Under the pieces are notes generated by a model. It was not told the origin of the DNA and ran no database searches. It worked only from the letters and a program-made list of their open reading frames with translations. Shown here one piece after another: positions 1 through 11,991 of a DNA stretch of 64,000 nt. Made by a program: the position numbers and the translations under genes. Source of the stretch: Lingula anatina (lineage: Eukaryota; Animalia; Brachiopoda); contig CM120641.1 in assembly GCA_051362555.1 (NCBI GenBank), positions 29,704,401 through 29,768,400 of the forward strand, in the 5' to 3' direction. Position 1 is the stretch's first letter. Each line of letters begins with the position of its first letter.

Positions 1-16
1 AGTATAATATTTTCAG

Positions 17-2235
17 AGCTGAGGCTTTGATGAGAGACTGCAAACTGAAAAACGTTGACAGCGTTGCTTACAGAGACACAGGTAGGAATGCCAAGCATAG
101 CCCACAAGCTATAGTGTCACCGCTTTGCAGATTGAACTGTAGTCCACAAGCTAACATATCACCAGTATATAGAGACAAAACTTTGCCAGCAAGAACAAAT
201 GATCACTAAAAGATTGCACAACATGCAGACAGTAATGTTAGATGTTCACAATTGACCCTGTTTAAAGACAAAGTATTTCTTCATTTGCTCTACCTATCAA
301 TCCAACTTAAAGAACATTTGAATGGTCATTACAGATGTTTTTACATAAAATTAAAATTTTGAAAGTCCTTTCACTGGAATGTTGTGCAATGTATAGATAA
401 ATGTCTTCAGAACACTTTGAATTGTTATGTTTTGTAACTCATTGTATTCATATTGTACAAGGGGGTGAACTCTCACAAGGTATGTTGAGTAGATAAATAA
501 GTCTTGGATTATGTGTTCACAGAATAATAACCTGTGTGTTTCCGTCCCAAACATGCCCAATAACATGACCCAAGTGCTGTGATTTAAGTGAACATTAAAA
601 TATTAAATACATCAAGGTCACAAAATGCACAGTTTTTTTGGGGGGGCATTCAGTAGCTCATCACCCAGCCCATATTTTTGGCACAATAAAACGAGATCGG
701 CTGCCAAGACATTCCAACCTACTCAACGTAGTGAGGTTTTTTCAGTTCACCCCTTTGCTGCTTGTTAACTTTGTTTGATTCATTAATACGCATGTAGGCA
801 TTACACCTGTATTTCATATCTGTTACATGTGCACTTAATTTTTTTGTTGCTTCATGAATCCCTTTTTTCATGTAGAAGTTGATATAGTGATAGTTGCATT
901 TAGCTGTAGTTTAGCCTAACCCTCTTAGTTTAATTTATTTATATGTTTGAATAATATATTTGTTTAATTTGACAGTAAACTCTTCATGCAACAGTGGGCT
1001 TATTGCTATTTTTGTAAATTCCTTGACATCGTATTAATAACCTCGTGCAGTTTCCTTGCATTTGTGTGAAGTAGTTGGTTTTTTCTTGGCTTATTGTTAA
1101 CAGTAGTTGGTTTTTTCTTGGCTTATTGTTAACAGTAGTTTTCCTTCTGCTTGCTTTAAAATTGCTTTCAACTGATGTGCTTTATGCACAACACGTTCAG
1201 TTCATTTTGTAATATTACTTTCTACTAATTAAGTGTAAATTTGATTGTTTCCTTTCTGTTGAAGTTACCTTTGATTTGTTATTCTGTGCATCTTACATGG
1301 AATAAAATAGTATGCATATGCTAAGAAAGTTTTTTGTTTTTATTAAGGTAAATTTAGCAGATCATATTTAATTTTAGATCTTGGTACATCAAAGTCCCAT
1401 GTAAAAGTAAAGTTTTGAATTCACCTCTTGTAATATACCCAATTTGATTAAAATGAGATTTGTGCTAAAATGACTTAAATCATCTTTCACAGGTCTACCC
1501 TTCTAATTTTTTATCTGTACAGACTTTTTTATAAAGATAAGAGAGGTGTTTAGTAATTGTCATTCGACTACGGAAAAATTTCATTTTAAGGGGGAAAATT
1601 AAACGTAGCCATTTACCTCAAAAACACCATATAAGACAGCAAAATTGACCAGAGATATGAATAAAAGCGGGAATGGAAGAGAAACTTGACCAATATATCA
1701 CAATCGATACTGAAACCCTCTCATCAAGAAAACATCCCCTTGGTGCATTAATTGCTCCCCCAACAAAACATTTTCATGGACTCTACTGAAGATGCAACGA
1801 TTCAATTCAGTTAAAACCAATTTGGCATAAAATTTCTGATTTTAGACATACTTAAATTGACTGGTATCTCTATAAATTTCAGATATTGAGTACAAGATAC
1901 TGCCACCATGTTTGGTTCACAACAGAAAAGAAGACAGCCCTAAAAAGCAGGTCACATTCAGCTTTATTGACCAGGAAAATTCAGAACCAGACTTGGAGAG
2001 TGATACAGAGCTCCTTGCTGTCAAGAATAAGCCTTCCATCCCAAAATACAATGTCAGACAGGACTCAGATGTGGGCAATGGGCAGTTTGATGCAAGGCGT
2101 AATTATGCTCACGATTACTTAAAACGCCTTGAGCTGAGAGACCGCCTCAAAAAAGCCAAAGAAAGATCAAAGTATCTGAGAGATGCAGAAATAGAATCTA
2201 GAATTAGAAGTAGACAGCTATTAGGAATGCGATAG
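17..2235 (+). CDS. 3' end of an unidentified protein-coding gene (coding exons 17-81 and 1883-2235); charged C-terminus with an RVxF-like motif
   Basis: Splice sites tttcag|17, 81|gtagga and tttcag|1883. The phase-1 junction G+AT joins in frame: AEALMRDCKLKNVDSVAYRDT-D-IEYKILPPCL...SRQLLGMR* (TAG 2233-2235). The 5' part lies outside the window. Confidence 0.75.
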
Positions 2236-2409
2236 AAATATAGTGTGTGTGTGTGTGTATTTTACCTTGTGAGTCAAATTGACTGTTTAGGTAGAGAAGT
2301 ACTGCAGATGAATTGATTTACATGACAACTCATATCAGGAAAAGATGACAAATTTTAAAGTTAAGCAAGACTGGAATTCTGTCTTTTAAGAAAAACAAGC
2401 TAGTGAAAT

Positions 2410-2591
2410 CTTAATATATGAAGAGCGTGGTCCCACATCTTGCACAATCATGTGTCGTACTTAAAATAACTTGGAAGTTTTGGTCAGTATATAAATGATA
2501 CTAATGAGACAAATACTTATCCTTGTTCATTGTTTAAAACAAGACTATGATACAAGATTGTGAGATGTGGGACCACTGTTCACACGTTAAG
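2410..2591. mobile_element. Degenerate foldback MITE downstream of the gene 1 stop codon
   Basis: Arms of about 40 bp: cttaa..gtggtcccacatct..cacaatc versus gattgtgagatgtgggaccac..ttaag. Confidence 0.55.
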
Positions 2592-3067
2592 AAACTTGCA
2601 TTTCAGCAAGAATTAACTGTTTTTGATTAATTAAGGAATTTGGGCTACATTTTTGTCACACTAATGGAATGGCTGGAGCAGCAATGGAGTTTTTCGCTCA
2701 TAATGACACAGTATATTCCAAAATGATGACTTATGATCAAAACCAGAAGAACATTTCAGTTTTGATCTGAAATGTAAAATGCACGTGCTTGAAAATGCCC
2801 CACATTCATAGTTTTATTCTAATTCAGACCTTAAAGACAACAAAGCAACTTCAATAAAAATCTATCTGAAGAGTTCACAATGTCATTATTTCTTTCTCGT
2901 CCTTCTTCATAACGATGTGTAGTAAGCACGTATGAGACAATACAATGCCACAAAAAAACGACCATTTTTTGCCTATAGATAGAAAATGGGGCACCATTCT
3001 TGGTAAGTGTATTGTTAATGTCCGCATGAAAAATTGCGTACAGATTTCAATAAATAAAACAAAATTC

Positions 3068-3200
3068 TAGGGATGAGATTTTTTCAACTATTGGCAGATT
3101 TCTGACTTTTTGGGAGCCAAAAACATCATTGGCCCAGGCAGACCCCTGAAAACCAGGCCATATTTTCTGACTTTTTCACTAAATTGCAGTTTCATCCCTG
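3068..3200. mobile_element. Small hAT-like MITE
   Basis: Termini TAGGGATGA..TCATCCCTG flanked by the direct repeat AAATTC. Confidence 0.5.
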
Positions 3201-3634
3201 AAATTCTTTGTCACTTTTTTTTTTTTACCAATAGCTTGTAGTTTTTTGTAGTCTGCATTTTATTATATGACCATTTCCTTTAAAAAAATCCAAGGGTTTT
3301 GCACTTTATAACAACAGATTTTGATTATTAGACATTACAACTATTTGTTTTTTGTTTATTATCTAGTTGCTTTCAACAGACTTCTGTAGCTGAAAAGGGC
3401 AATTTGTAGCCACATATGTAATAAAGAATTGAACACAATATTTTAATTTGCCAGTGAAAATTGTCAACTAGGAAAATTTCACATAACTGTGTATTTATTT
3501 TCATCCTCTATAACACCAAACCGTTAAAATAAAGCAAACCATCTGTAACTGTTTTCAAGGCATAGGTGCACAAATCATGGTTAACTAATGTGTGTGAAAA
3601 TTAACAAGAACTGCCTTTAAGTAAGTGTCCTGTG

Positions 3635-3805
3635 TCACCATGCTTCTTTTCCTTCTGGTCTTCCCCCATACAGTCTACTTTTGTTTTTCATGATGGACAT
3701 ATTCTTTGCAGTATAATTATCAAGTATATTGTAACCAGCAACAGCAGCTGCCACAATGAAAAATGGAGCTGATCTTCTAAACAATAATTGTAATGTGGAT
3801 GCCAT
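3635..3805 (-). CDS. NDUFB1: NADH:ubiquinone oxidoreductase subunit B1 (MNLL), 56 aa
   Basis: MASTLQLLFRRSAPFFIVAAAVAGYNILDNYTAKNMSIMKNKSRLYGGRPEGKEAW*: one TM helix, then LD and NKS-x-L-[FY]...W as in NDUFB1. Acceptor atttcag before 3812; AATAAA at 3494-3499. Too short for the ORF track. Confidence 0.85.
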   Translation of the reverse strand: MASTLQLLFRRSAPFFIVAAAVAGYNILDNYTAKNMSIMKNKSRLYGGRPEGKEAW

Positions 3806-4928
3806 CTCAAGCCTGAAATGAAAAATTAAGGCATTTCACTTACTAAGATAAAAATATGTGAAACAAAACATCTCAATATTAAGCTACCAAAATTTTTATT
3901 TTATTTTATATATACAGTTTAGGGGAAAATTAAGTAGCATGGATTTTTTTTTTTTTTTTTTTTTACAATTATAGGGCTTCATCTTATATATAAGTTTAAA
4001 GGTACAAATGAACTGAGTATTGGTGGAGCATGGATTCCCAGTAACATACATAAACCACTTCTTCTACTAGTTTCTTATACGACTCGAATAAATTTGACAT
4101 GCCAAGGGATAAACTGAATAAATCACTTGATCAGCCATAAAAGAGCTTCAGACTGCTCCATTCTTAAAATTTTGGTCAGAAATTTTATCTATTTTCGTGA
4201 CCTACTTTTCTGCCCAACTGATATACAGCATAGAATGCTAGCAGAAAAATCCATTCAAATATTTTTTGGGTAAATTTAACAATGCCTTTTGGTAATTCTC
4301 TTAGTTATACTACTTGAAACTGTATGCTGGAGTGGCATTTGGTTGGCTTTTGGGGCAAAAAATTGACTTCATATGCATCTTTAAGGATACTGTCACCCTT
4401 CACCCAAAACTCCTTATTGCCCTACATTCTTTTGGGTAAAAGATAAATCTTCAGTGTTCAGTGACTAAATTAATTAACATTTACACATTTGTTACCTACA
4501 GTGCAGTCATAATTGCGACTTTGGAGTAAAAACTGACAAACTGGTTTCTTAAATTTCTCTTTTACCTGAGCACCCACGATCACCATTTCAATGCCCATTT
4601 TATGACACCATTTTGTATTCTCAAAAGGCTTCCTTCGGATTTTTACATTGATAAAGCAAAACAATGCCTTTGTTTAATGAAAATCTGTAATTAGGGGCTC
4701 ATAACTCAATAATAAAAACACTTAAACCAAAATGACAGCACAAGAATGTAGCCTATACACTCAAGGTCAACTCTGCAAATTTTCGTGATAAAATCTTGTT
4801 CAAGGATCAACCATGCACTTTCAGTGAAATGACAATAAGTGGAAAATTGTTTTACCTTTTGTCTTCAAATTTGTGGAACTGATAAATATTCATAAAATAC
4901 AGGTAGAGTTGGAAAATAAGCATGATTA

Positions 4929-6910
4929 ACTAGAGGATCAGAGAGGCGATACCGCCTCCGGATATTGTACCACCAGCTGGAGTAAGCGCATTCGTATGGA
5001 CCCCCCCCTTCCAAAAAGGGACACCATCACCAGTCTTGTGCTTGACAAGCTCTATAAGATTTTCGAATTGACTTGCATTTTCCTACCCTTGATCACTCCT
5101 GTATTCTCTAGACAAAAGGCCTATTGGTTTTCCTTGAAAAGTGTTGTTAATGGTGCATATATGCTGACAAAAGAGAAAACCTAGGGGCAACAAGGGGCAC
5201 ATCTCTGCTAGTTTTAAAGATATGAGAGGCAAGAAAATATGCAAAGCTCAGTTCATGGTGAAAAAGTAGGTCAAAGGTCAATTTCAATATCATAGTTTAT
5301 GAATTTCTATTTAAGTTCAATAGCAACCATGGGCATTTCTTTGCCAATTTTGCAGATTTAAAGGCCTGAAAACATGCAAAAAGCAGTTCATCATAAAAAG
5401 TAGGTCAAAGGTCAATTTCAAGGTCACAGATTGCTAGTGTATTACTTCCTATTCAAGTTCAATAGTAACTATGGACCTATCTCTGTCAGTTTTAGAGATA
5501 AAGGAGAAAGAAAATTTGCAAAGTTCAGTTCATAGTAAAAAGATGGTCAAAGGTCAATTTTAAGGTCACAGTAAATTGCCAGTATATGACTTACTACATG
5601 TACTTAAGTTCAATAGTAACTATGGACCTATCTCTGCCAGTTTTGGAGATAAAAGGGAATGAAAATTTGCAAAGTTCAGTTCATGGTGAAAAGTAGGTCA
5701 AAGGTCAATTTAAAGGTCACAGTAAATTGCCTCTGACTTTCTATTCAAATTCAATAGTAACTATGGGCGTATCTTTGCCAGTTTTGGAGATAAAAGGGAA
5801 CAAAAATTTGCAAAGTTCAGTTCATGGTAAAAAGTAGGTCAAAGGTCAAATTTAAGGTCACAGTAAATTGCCAGTATATGACTTCCTATTCAAGTTCAAT
5901 AGTAACTGTGAACCTATCTCTGCCAGTTTTGGAGATAAAAGGGAACGGAAATTTGCAAAGTTCAATTCATGGTGAAAAGTAGGTCAAAGGTCAATTTTAT
6001 GGTCACTGTTAAATTGCCAGTAAGTGACTTCCTATTCAACTTTAATAGTAACTATTGACCTATCTCTGCCAGTTTTGGAGATATAATGTTACAATTCTGA
6101 GTTACAATAATGTGCCACCACAATGTACTTTTTAATACAGCATAACACGAAAACCGTATGAAATACAAAAAAACGAAGACCACATGCAATGTTGGGCTTT
6201 ACATGCTCTACAAAATGCAAAAAAACGGGTCGCTAGCATTAACGGTTCCCGAATTAGAGACAGTTTTCAGTTTCGGTATCTTATGGCCGCTTCTCCCGTG
6301 AAAATGCACCGATTAACCCCAAATTCACGGAGATGAAAGATGACCCAAAGGGTAACCCTTTCCAATAATATTATTGGTTAAGTCTGTGTAGTGTCTGAAT
6401 AACAGCGCAAATAATATTTTTTTTTGTAAAAAATTTCATTTTTTTGAAAATTTTGGCCTGTTTGACCTTGAAATAAAGGTCAAAGGTCAAATCCAAGGGC
6501 ATATTTGAAATCTACACATATGACTTTTGGAAAGCCGTCTGTAGAAATTTTTCCCATAATTCCTTCCGTAGGGTAGATAATTGGCATTGAATTTTCAAAA
6601 ATTTTGACAAGGGTGCATTTCAACAAGCGTCACGCCCAGGTTAATGCACCGACTGAGACAAAAAAATCTGGGGGTTCAAGTTGAGGTTATATGTGACCTA
6701 AATCCAAGAGATGGGGACAGGGGTCCTTGCGGTCTAGGAGGAGAAGCGGTAACGGTGACTTGTATCCGGCGCCAGTACGCGGAGCCGGCGGAGCTTACGG
6801 AGCCGGCGGAGCCAACGGAGCCGGCGGAGCCAACGGAGCCGGCGGAGCCGGACGAGACGGGTCGGGACTAAAACCATGAGTACCGCCAGCGTACACGCTG
6901 GTGGTACTAA
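4929..6910 (-). mobile_element. Helentron/HINE-like non-autonomous rolling-circle element with internal ~145-bp tandem array (family A, copy 1), in intron 2 of the NDUFB1 unit
   Basis: CTAGT 3' end with adjacent hairpin GAGGCGATACCGCCTC; subterminal inverted repeats GTACCACCAGC/GCTGGTGGTAC; terminal palindrome at about 6880-6907; 18-bp minisatellite; about 6 tandem units. A second copy starts at 45175. Confidence 0.8.
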
Positions 6911-7006
6911 TGAACCTCAGCTTGAGTGGTTTCACACACAAACTAGGATTACATCACTTGATCGTCATACCACCAAGGGGGATATCCTTTAAGCTAGATT
7001 CATACC

Positions 7007-7182
7007 CAGGGCTTGACATTAAGGGTGGCCCACTGGCCCTGGGCCACTGAAAACCAACCTTGGGCCATTGAATCGATGGGGTCACTGGTCAGAAGAGCAA
7101 GCAAAATGTCATGTGTCAAATCATCCTTTCAATATTTACTGATATCTCGGGCCAGTATCGAAAAAGTTAGTGTCAAGCCCTG
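7007..7182. mobile_element. MITE with CAG..CTG termini and 5-bp TSD (hAT5-like)
   Basis: TIR CAGGGCTTGACA..TGTCAAGCCCTG; TSD ATACC on both sides. Confidence 0.75.
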
Positions 7183-7225
7183 ATACCTGTATAAAAACTT
7201 ATGACATACAATCACTTTTTTTTGA

Positions 7226-7231
<6 letters not shown>

Positions 7232-7302
<71 letters not shown>
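7232..7302. repeat. (TA)n microsatellite
   Basis: About 35 TA units. Confidence 0.95.
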
Positions 7303-7304
<2 letters not shown>

Positions 7305-7383
7305 CAAATAAATTATCGTTTTGGCCCATTGTTTGATCTCAGTATACCTTTAAAAATTCAGTCAATACTTAAAATATGCTACC

Positions 7384-7569
7384 TTAATTCTGTATTCCCT
7401 CAGATGGGATATCAAGTAACTTGTCAAACTCTTCTTTTGTAAAACTTCCCTTAAACTCCTTCCACCTTCTGATGCTCCTTTGATCAGCGATGATATATAA
7501 TACTACAAGTACTGGAACTGAGGCCAGAACCTTGTTATGACGTATGGCTGACAATACTTGCAGTACCAT
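7384..7569 (-). CDS. 61-aa single-TM microprotein, first cistron of a putative bicistronic mRNA with NDUFB1; family unassigned
   Basis: MVLQVLSAIRHNKVLASVPVLVVLYIIADQRSIRRWKEFKGSFTKEEFDKLLDIPSEGIQN*. It fills exon 7383-7589 (acceptor ttttccatag; donor G|gtagca one nt after TAA). Confidence 0.7.
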   Translation of the reverse strand: MVLQVLSAIRHNKVLASVPVLVVLYIIADQRSIRRWKEFKGSFTKEEFDKLLDIPSEGIQN

Positions 7570-7639
7570 CAAAGCAGATGAATGGATACCTATGGAAAAA
7601 AAAAGATTAAGTGAAAAGAAATCACCAATTTTCTAAGGG

Positions 7640-7721
7640 TATAAGATAATAAGCCTGATTAATAAGCCAAACTGGTCCAGTATAAGATAATAAGCCTGAT
7701 TAATAAGCCAAACTGGTCCAG
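7640..7721. repeat. 41-bp tandem duplication
   Basis: tataagataataagcctgattaataagccaaactggtccag, two copies. Confidence 0.9.
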
Positions 7722-8781
7722 TTTTTTAAAACTAAAAGATAAAACTATTACTGTCAGTGTGTTGCATATACATTCCAGGGGAGTGATGATATCTTCTACT
7801 TGACTATGCAGTTTTGTTTGTTTCAGGCTGTCACCTTAAATCACTGAAAGCTTCATCAACACTGCTTTTTGTTTAAAAAAAATTAAGTTAAAATTCAGTG
7901 CATCCAGAAGACTGTATTACTATTCTTTTTGAAAGATATATATTGCTCAAGCAATTATCCTAGAATCTGTGCTTGCCATCAGATGTGATGGGCTATACAT
8001 CCGTAATAATCTTTTAAGATATTATTAAAAATTATTTTAAAAAAAACAAACTTGTAAGATAAAAAAACCTTTAGAAAAAATTAGGGGTTTCCTAATTTTA
8101 CCTCACAGTTCTGTTAATGGGAAAACTTGGTGGCTTTACAGGAGTGTGCAATCAGGGGATATCAGAGGTAAGATAAAAAAAAAAAAAGGCTCCCGTATCA
8201 TGGTAGACATGCAAACTGGTTGTCATTTGACAGGTATATGGGAAATATAGTAATGATAGTAAACTTAGGTTTTTGATCAGCATGTAAGATTTTTTGGGAA
8301 ATTGTTTTTTTTTTTATTCCCCATTAAAAGGTCAACTTCTACTGCATTCACTTGTATCAACCCATATTCTGTTGCTAAAACTTGAATAACTTTTGATCTA
8401 AATGAGATAGATTGAAAATTTTAACTGGCTATGTTTATAATTGTAATCTAATGCATTAGATACACTGTCTCAAATTATACTGAAAAAAGATTTTTTAGAT
8501 TAAGAAATTTAAAACCAGAATTCATACAAAGCTGCGACACTGCCATAAATATATTTATGGGATGTAAGTGCTGGAAGGTCCATACATTTATGTATTAATA
8601 TTACTCAAATAAGTGGCTATCTTTATCAAGGAAAATTTTGTGGACCTCCACTTATGGACATTTGTAAGATTACACCTTTACAAAGAAAACACAACGGCCT
8701 ACAAGGGATTAACCTTAACTTAAACGAAGTGAAGGGTGTTTCGACGGGTATAAATCTCACTAATATCATTCATTACCTTAC

Positions 8782-8860
8782 CTGAGGTTGAAAACGGCGA
8801 AGTTCTTGGGCGAAGAGGTTAGATAAGATGGCGGTCTCGTATGTAAAGTTTACTTTCAAC
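8782..8860 (-). promoter_or_regulatory. Non-coding first exon and promoter region of the microprotein/NDUFB1 unit, with a YY1-type motif
   Basis: Strong donor CAG|GTAAGG at 8782; no ATG in the exon; CCGCCATCTT (YY1 consensus) at 8825-8834; local CpG enrichment. TSS position is approximate. Confidence 0.6.
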
Positions 8861-11763
8861 AGCAATTAATCGTTTCTTAATACGGTTTAATCATAGGGGA
8901 AACCATCACCTTGTCTGATAGTCTTCGGATTATCAGAGAAATACGAAACTTTTTGTCAGTATGACAAACTTTCTTTCTTATAAGAGATTGAATGTTTTAT
9001 AAAGCACATCAATTATTCGAAGCTATCTATAGGACTATGTCGGCCGACTCCGCATTTTCACTACACGGCTGTTTCACAACCAGGGGTACAAAATAGGGGT
9101 CACATCGAGAGAAAAATGAACTCTGATGCATTTGTTTAATTTTGTAACAGATAAAAAGAATAGCATCTTAACTATGATATCTACAATTTTTAGAACACTA
9201 TATTAATTACTTTTTGTGCTACGCTCAAATTAACAGAACGCCCCTTAGACTATGATCTGGGGGTACGGACACTAGACATTCAAGTAACTGATGCTTTTGA
9301 AACTTAAATATCATATTGTGTACCACTTATTTTTGCCAAAATTCTAAAAATTATCAAACTAAAGATATAACAGCAGTACTTTAAGGCAAAAGGATACAAG
9401 TACATATATTAATCAAATAGTTTTTTTTAGAGAAACACCACGTACAGCACTTTTTCAGTGGATGCTGGAGCTTGGTTGTGTGTCATTCAGTGTGACTTTC
9501 ATTCACCAGACTTTAATTTAAACTTTTCTTTCTGTTGCTTGACCTTTTTCATTTATTCATTTTTTTTGTTTCAGTCTTGATTCCTGTTTTTGGAGTCTCT
9601 TTTTCTTTTTCATCTCTCGTTAATTTGCACCTCTTGTTCTACTGTTTTCAGGATTGTTGGGTTTCTGCTTCTCCTTGACTCTCTGTCAGTATGTCCTAAT
9701 TTCTTCTCTTTACTTTAGTCTTTCTTGCTGGGCCAGCCTAGGATGATTCTTCATTTTTTCGCTTCTCTGCTATGTTACGTGCATTCAGCGTCTTCCTTAC
9801 ATGCTTCAGCAAGATTATTAGCATCTTGGTAGCACTTTGAGGTCTTTTTTTTCCAAATTATTTTTTGCTGACAGTAAAATTTTCAGGATCCCTTTTTCTT
9901 TTCCTTTCTTTTTGTTTATTGTCATCCATATTTGATTCTTCATTCACTGAGAGTATAATAAATGTACTGTTAATTATGCATGTATTGAAGTGTTCGCACC
10001 CCCTCAAAATATATCATACACAGTAATCCATAGAATATTAATCCATATACAGTTTATTATTTTGCAATTAGCTATATTTAGCAATATATTCAAACCAATA
10101 TTGTTCATTTTGAATGCAAAGAGTAGCATCTTTACTGATATTATTTCTTTGCAAAATCTCTTGCATGACTCTAATTAATCAGTACCACTTTATCAAATAT
10201 ATATTTATATACAATGTTTTTTCTAAACAGCATAAGACATGAATGCATTTTATATAGTCTAAAACAATATTTTGTTCCATATTTTGAAGTTTTATCATCA
10301 TTGATAAGTAGCCAGTTATCCAATGGTTAATGTATAACTTGGGGGTACGGACACTACATTCGGCACCAAATTCTTGCATATCTTTTCATAATAAGGGGTT
10401 ATGTGCTATTTTCTTCCTGCAAAATAAATGTCAGTGTAGACATTATAGAATAATAAAATCAGACAGAATATGCTGATTCCTAAATAAAACAGATAGGGGG
10501 GTACGGACACTACAAAAAGTAGGAGACACCAAGGGGCTCATGATTATAAATACCACAGCACTAATAATAATGGTTACATATGCACAACTCCTTTATTTTG
10601 TTTAAGTCATAACATGGTAAATTCATCTTATTATCACGTAGGTGATGTTTAAGTAGTATTTGGCCTTATCAAATATGTTTTTCATTGCATTAACAAAAAT
10701 AATGAGTAAAATGTGTATCAAAACCCGTTTCTGCAAAATGGCTAAAATATTTTTTTTCTCAGAACATATCTTTGGAAGAACCTGCTAGAAGAGAAGACAC
10801 ATGTTGTGGGAATTATATACCAATATCATATTCATCATAAATCAATTTTGTAATGAGGTGGCCAAAACAATTGTACATATTTAAGGGAATGCAAGAAAAT
10901 TTGTGTCATCTGGACATGAGTAATACTTAAGTGAAAGAGTAGCATACAGAATCATGAAAGGTAAGGTACGGAAAGAGACATTTGAAGAGACTGTACTGTA
11001 CACATACATTCCTTACTGAGGTATATAAACTGCTGCTACTAATTTCTTATTTGACTCAAATTAAGTCCACATTTCAAAAGATAAACCAAATTAATCTAGC
11101 TCTCAGTTATGTGTCCCGCCAGGAAGTAATGCTGCAAATAAATTCATATAGATGCAACAGCAGGTCAGTCTTCAATCATCCCTTGGCAAGTTGATAGTCA
11201 GTGCTATTAAATCACTTGCCTCATTAACTCTCAAGTGGTCGTGAAATAATATTATGTGAAAAGGGAGCAACTTTGAATGAATTAGCTACAACAGTGTATG
11301 AGTTTACAGCCTTTCTCAGAAATCCTTAAATGCAGTATTAGGAAATATTGCATCAAATTTGAAAAAAAAAAAAAAAAAAACTCAATAAAAGGAAGACCGT
11401 TTTACATGTTATTCTCAAACTTGCAGAGGTGCTTTGTAGAACTGAACAGCCTGATTGGATTAATAACATTATTTTGAAGTTATCAAGTTTTATTTGGTTC
11501 TTTTCATTTTGCCTTACTTGTCCGACTTTAAGTACAAAAAGTTAAGCACCAAGACTAACATGTAGCCTGTTGCATGGTTCATCATTATATACTAAAACAG
11601 ACCTCTTTTCTTGTAAAATTGATGCATTCTTCACCTCTTAAAATAGTGTTCTTTCAGCACATTATGCAGTTAAACTCTGAAATCATTAAAGAGATCCGTA
11701 ATTACCATTGGCATGCTTTTATCCAGAATTTGGAGAACAGGGATTCCAAAATGAGAATCTGTA

Positions 11764-11991
11764 ATTACCTCCGCCAAGGTAATGTTTTCACCCCTGTTTG
11801 TCTATTTGTCTGTCATCAACATAACTCAAAAAGTTATGGACCAATTTTGATGAAATTTTCAGGGTAGGTCAGAATTGGGCCAAAGAAGAGATGATTAGTT
11901 TTTGGTGGTGATCCGGGTCAATAATCAATCAATAATAATAAAAAACTGCTGCTTTGGCGGAGGTCTGCACTCTCGGAGTGCTTATCTACTT
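11764..11991 (+). mobile_element. Short HINE/Helitron-like element (family B)
   Basis: TTACCTCCGCCAAGG ... TTGGCGGAGGTCTGCACTCTCGGAGTGCTTATCTACTT; an inverse copy lies at 27205-27638. Confidence 0.75.

Noticed and set aside
6644-6871. ORF with PAEPTE repeats
   Set aside because: It is the translation of the HINE 18-bp minisatellite; the number of units differs in the other copy.
7170-7442. ORF with a (IY)n run
   Set aside because: Read-through of the (TA)n microsatellite.
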